A stretch of 64,000 bases of DNA, taken from positions 704,001-768,000 of the forward strand of contig CBDFKD010000002.1 of NCBI GenBank assembly GCA_965248695.1, read 5' to 3'. The position numbers and the translations under genes are program-made. Shown piece by piece: positions 62,612-64,000 of the stretch. The DNA comes from Acidobacteriota bacterium. Lineage in GTDB: Bacteria > Acidobacteriota > UBA890 > WLXD01. Numbering within the stretch: position 1 is the stretch's first letter; every line of letters starts with the position of its first letter. The notes under the pieces were generated by a model. It was not told the DNA's origin, made no database searches, and saw only the letters and a list, made by a program, of their open reading frames with translations.

Positions 62612-64000
62612 CCGAACGCGAGGTCGAGGCGTCCCTTGCGCGCGAAAACGATCGCGCTCGCGCTGACGTGAATGTAGTTGCTGTCGAACACCTGCACCCG
62701 CTGGCCTCGCTCCTTTCCGTCACGCCCGAACATCTGAAACCCGACGTTGCGGTCGCCGAGGTGGCGGGTGATGACGACGATCTCACCGCCGTTGTCGGCG
62801 TCGCCATCGAAATCCCCGACCTTCCATCCGAGCACTTCGTACTCATCGCTGGCCACCGTGCCGCCGCCGACCCGCTTCGCCTTCTTGGTGCTCGGATCCC
62901 ACACCTCGAAGGCGGCGTCGCCGTTGGGTCGGGTGAAGCCGACGAACACGAGGTCGCGAACCGTGCCCCTGGGCGCTGGTTTCGACTGGATCGGCCCCCA
63001 TGCGTGGAGCGGCTTGGCGGAGATGCTCTTGCTCGTGGACAGCACTGTGCCGTCGCCCGCGAGCACCTTGAAAAACCCGTTGTTCTTCTTCCGGTACCCG
63101 ACCAGCAGCTCGGCACCCGACCTGTCCGGGTCGAAGTCGCCGAGCGTCCACAGCGCCTCCTCGAAGCCAGTTTTCAAGACGGTCTTGTTCACCAGCGTCT
63201 CGCCGGTGCGTGGATCGACAACGCGCATCGTCGCACCCTTGCCGTTGGGCGCGGTGTAGGTTGCGACGATCTCGTCGAGGCCGTCGTCATCGATATCGAG
63301 CGGTAGCCACTGGTGAAGGGCGGACTTGGCCCCGATGATGGAAAGCTCCTTGCCCAGACGCTTCAGCTTCTTGCCGTTCAATCCCCAGACCGCGAAGCGA
63401 CCAGTGCCGTTCTTGGCCTGGTAGGCGATGGCGATCTCCTCGCCGCGCTTGCCGTCGTACTCGACGTGCAGCAGCCGCGCCCACTCGGATCCGGCTGGAG
63501 ATGCGGGCTTCCGATCTTGGAGCGCGCCCTTGTTGTTGCGCAGCTGAAGCTCTGTTGAGCCCGACTGCGTCCAACCGAGGAACACCGGTTCGGCCCTCTC
63601 GTTACCATCGGTATCCATCGCCAGAAGTCGCATCGTGGGGAATTGCTTGCCGGGGAAGAAGTTCATTAACCGTTTGCCCTTGGTGTTGTATGCCTGAACC
63701 CAGGCACCTCGGGCAGCGCCGTCGTACTCCGGCGCGAGTACGACGATCTCCTCCAGCCCGTCGCCATTGAAGTCGCCGAATCCCCGCGGCAAGCTCGTCG
63801 CGGCCATAGACGGCCTTACGTTTGCCTGCGCCCGCGCGATACCGCCAACGGCGACGGGAGCCCCTGCGGGCTCGGCGCGGAATCCTCGCTGCCTCGATAG
63901 CCCCCAACAAAGGGGCAACACTTCGTCTGTGACGCCGAAATACGTCATGCCCGATGGCTGACGCTCTTCGGGTTTCAGAGCAAACGAATAGACATTGATG
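62512..64000 (-). CDS. FG-GAP/VCBS-like repeat protein (5'-partial)
   Basis: GDFNGDGLEEI, MDTDGNERAE, LDIDDDGLDEI, GDFDGDAD repeats; frame is open to the window edge. Confidence 0.75.
   Translation of the reverse strand, partial: INVYSFALKPEERQPSGMTYFGVTDEVLPLCWGLSRQRGFRAEPAGAPVAVGGIARAQANVRPSMAATSLPRGFGDFNGDGLEEIVVLAPEYDGAARGAWVQAYNTKGKRLMNFFPGKQFPTMRLLAMDTDGNERAEPVFLGWTQSGSTELQLRNNKGALQDRKPASPAGSEWARLLHVEYDGKRGEEIAIAYQAKNGTGRFAVWGLNGKKLKRLGKELSIIGAKSALHQWLPLDIDDDGLDEIVATYTAPNGKGATMRVVDPRTGETLVNKTVLKTGFEEALWTLGDFDPDRSGAELLVGYRKKNNGFFKVLAGDGTVLSTSKSISAKPLHAWGPIQSKPAPRGTVRDLVFVGFTRPNGDAAFEVWDPSTKKAKRVGGGTVASDEYEVLGWKVGDFDGDADNGGEIVVITRHLGDRNVGFQMFGRDGKERGQRVQVFDSNYIHVSASAIVFARKGRLDLAFGARTVGGQPEVRVWNVNGAVLLKKIAVLSKDVE

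Overview
GC-rich bacterial chromosomal window, probably Acidobacteriota (inferred from an ADOP-type ABC permease fragment and other gene content; not proven). 1-5.7 kb is a rearranged prophage relic: terminase large subunit, excisionase-type HTH, HigBA-like toxin-antitoxin pair, a 10-bp-periodic repeat array, truncated portal, S24 repressor and DNA methyltransferase fragments, and a probable att end abutting a truncated permease. The rest holds an S9 peptidase broken by one amber codon, a solo dnaE2, an IS3 element joining two gene fragments, korAB, a heme biosynthesis operon (hemA-C-D-B-L-regulator-E-N-Y) headed by a ferrochelatase relic, vapBC, hydrolases, ettA and two nucleotidyltransferase TA-like pairs. 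Best candidate for an undescribed system: a two-gene split vitamin K-dependent gamma-glutamyl carboxylase homolog (22821-24244) directly downstream of a secreted beta-propeller protein with an extremely Glu-rich segment, a plausible substrate. Also found: a UGA-recoded deiodinase-like selenoprotein with a SECIS-like hairpin that the ORF track splits, two CTAG-associated MITE-like elements and a structured hairpin element upstream of dnaE2. No rRNA, tRNA or CRISPR array was seen. All family assignments are by motif recognition; no database searches were run.
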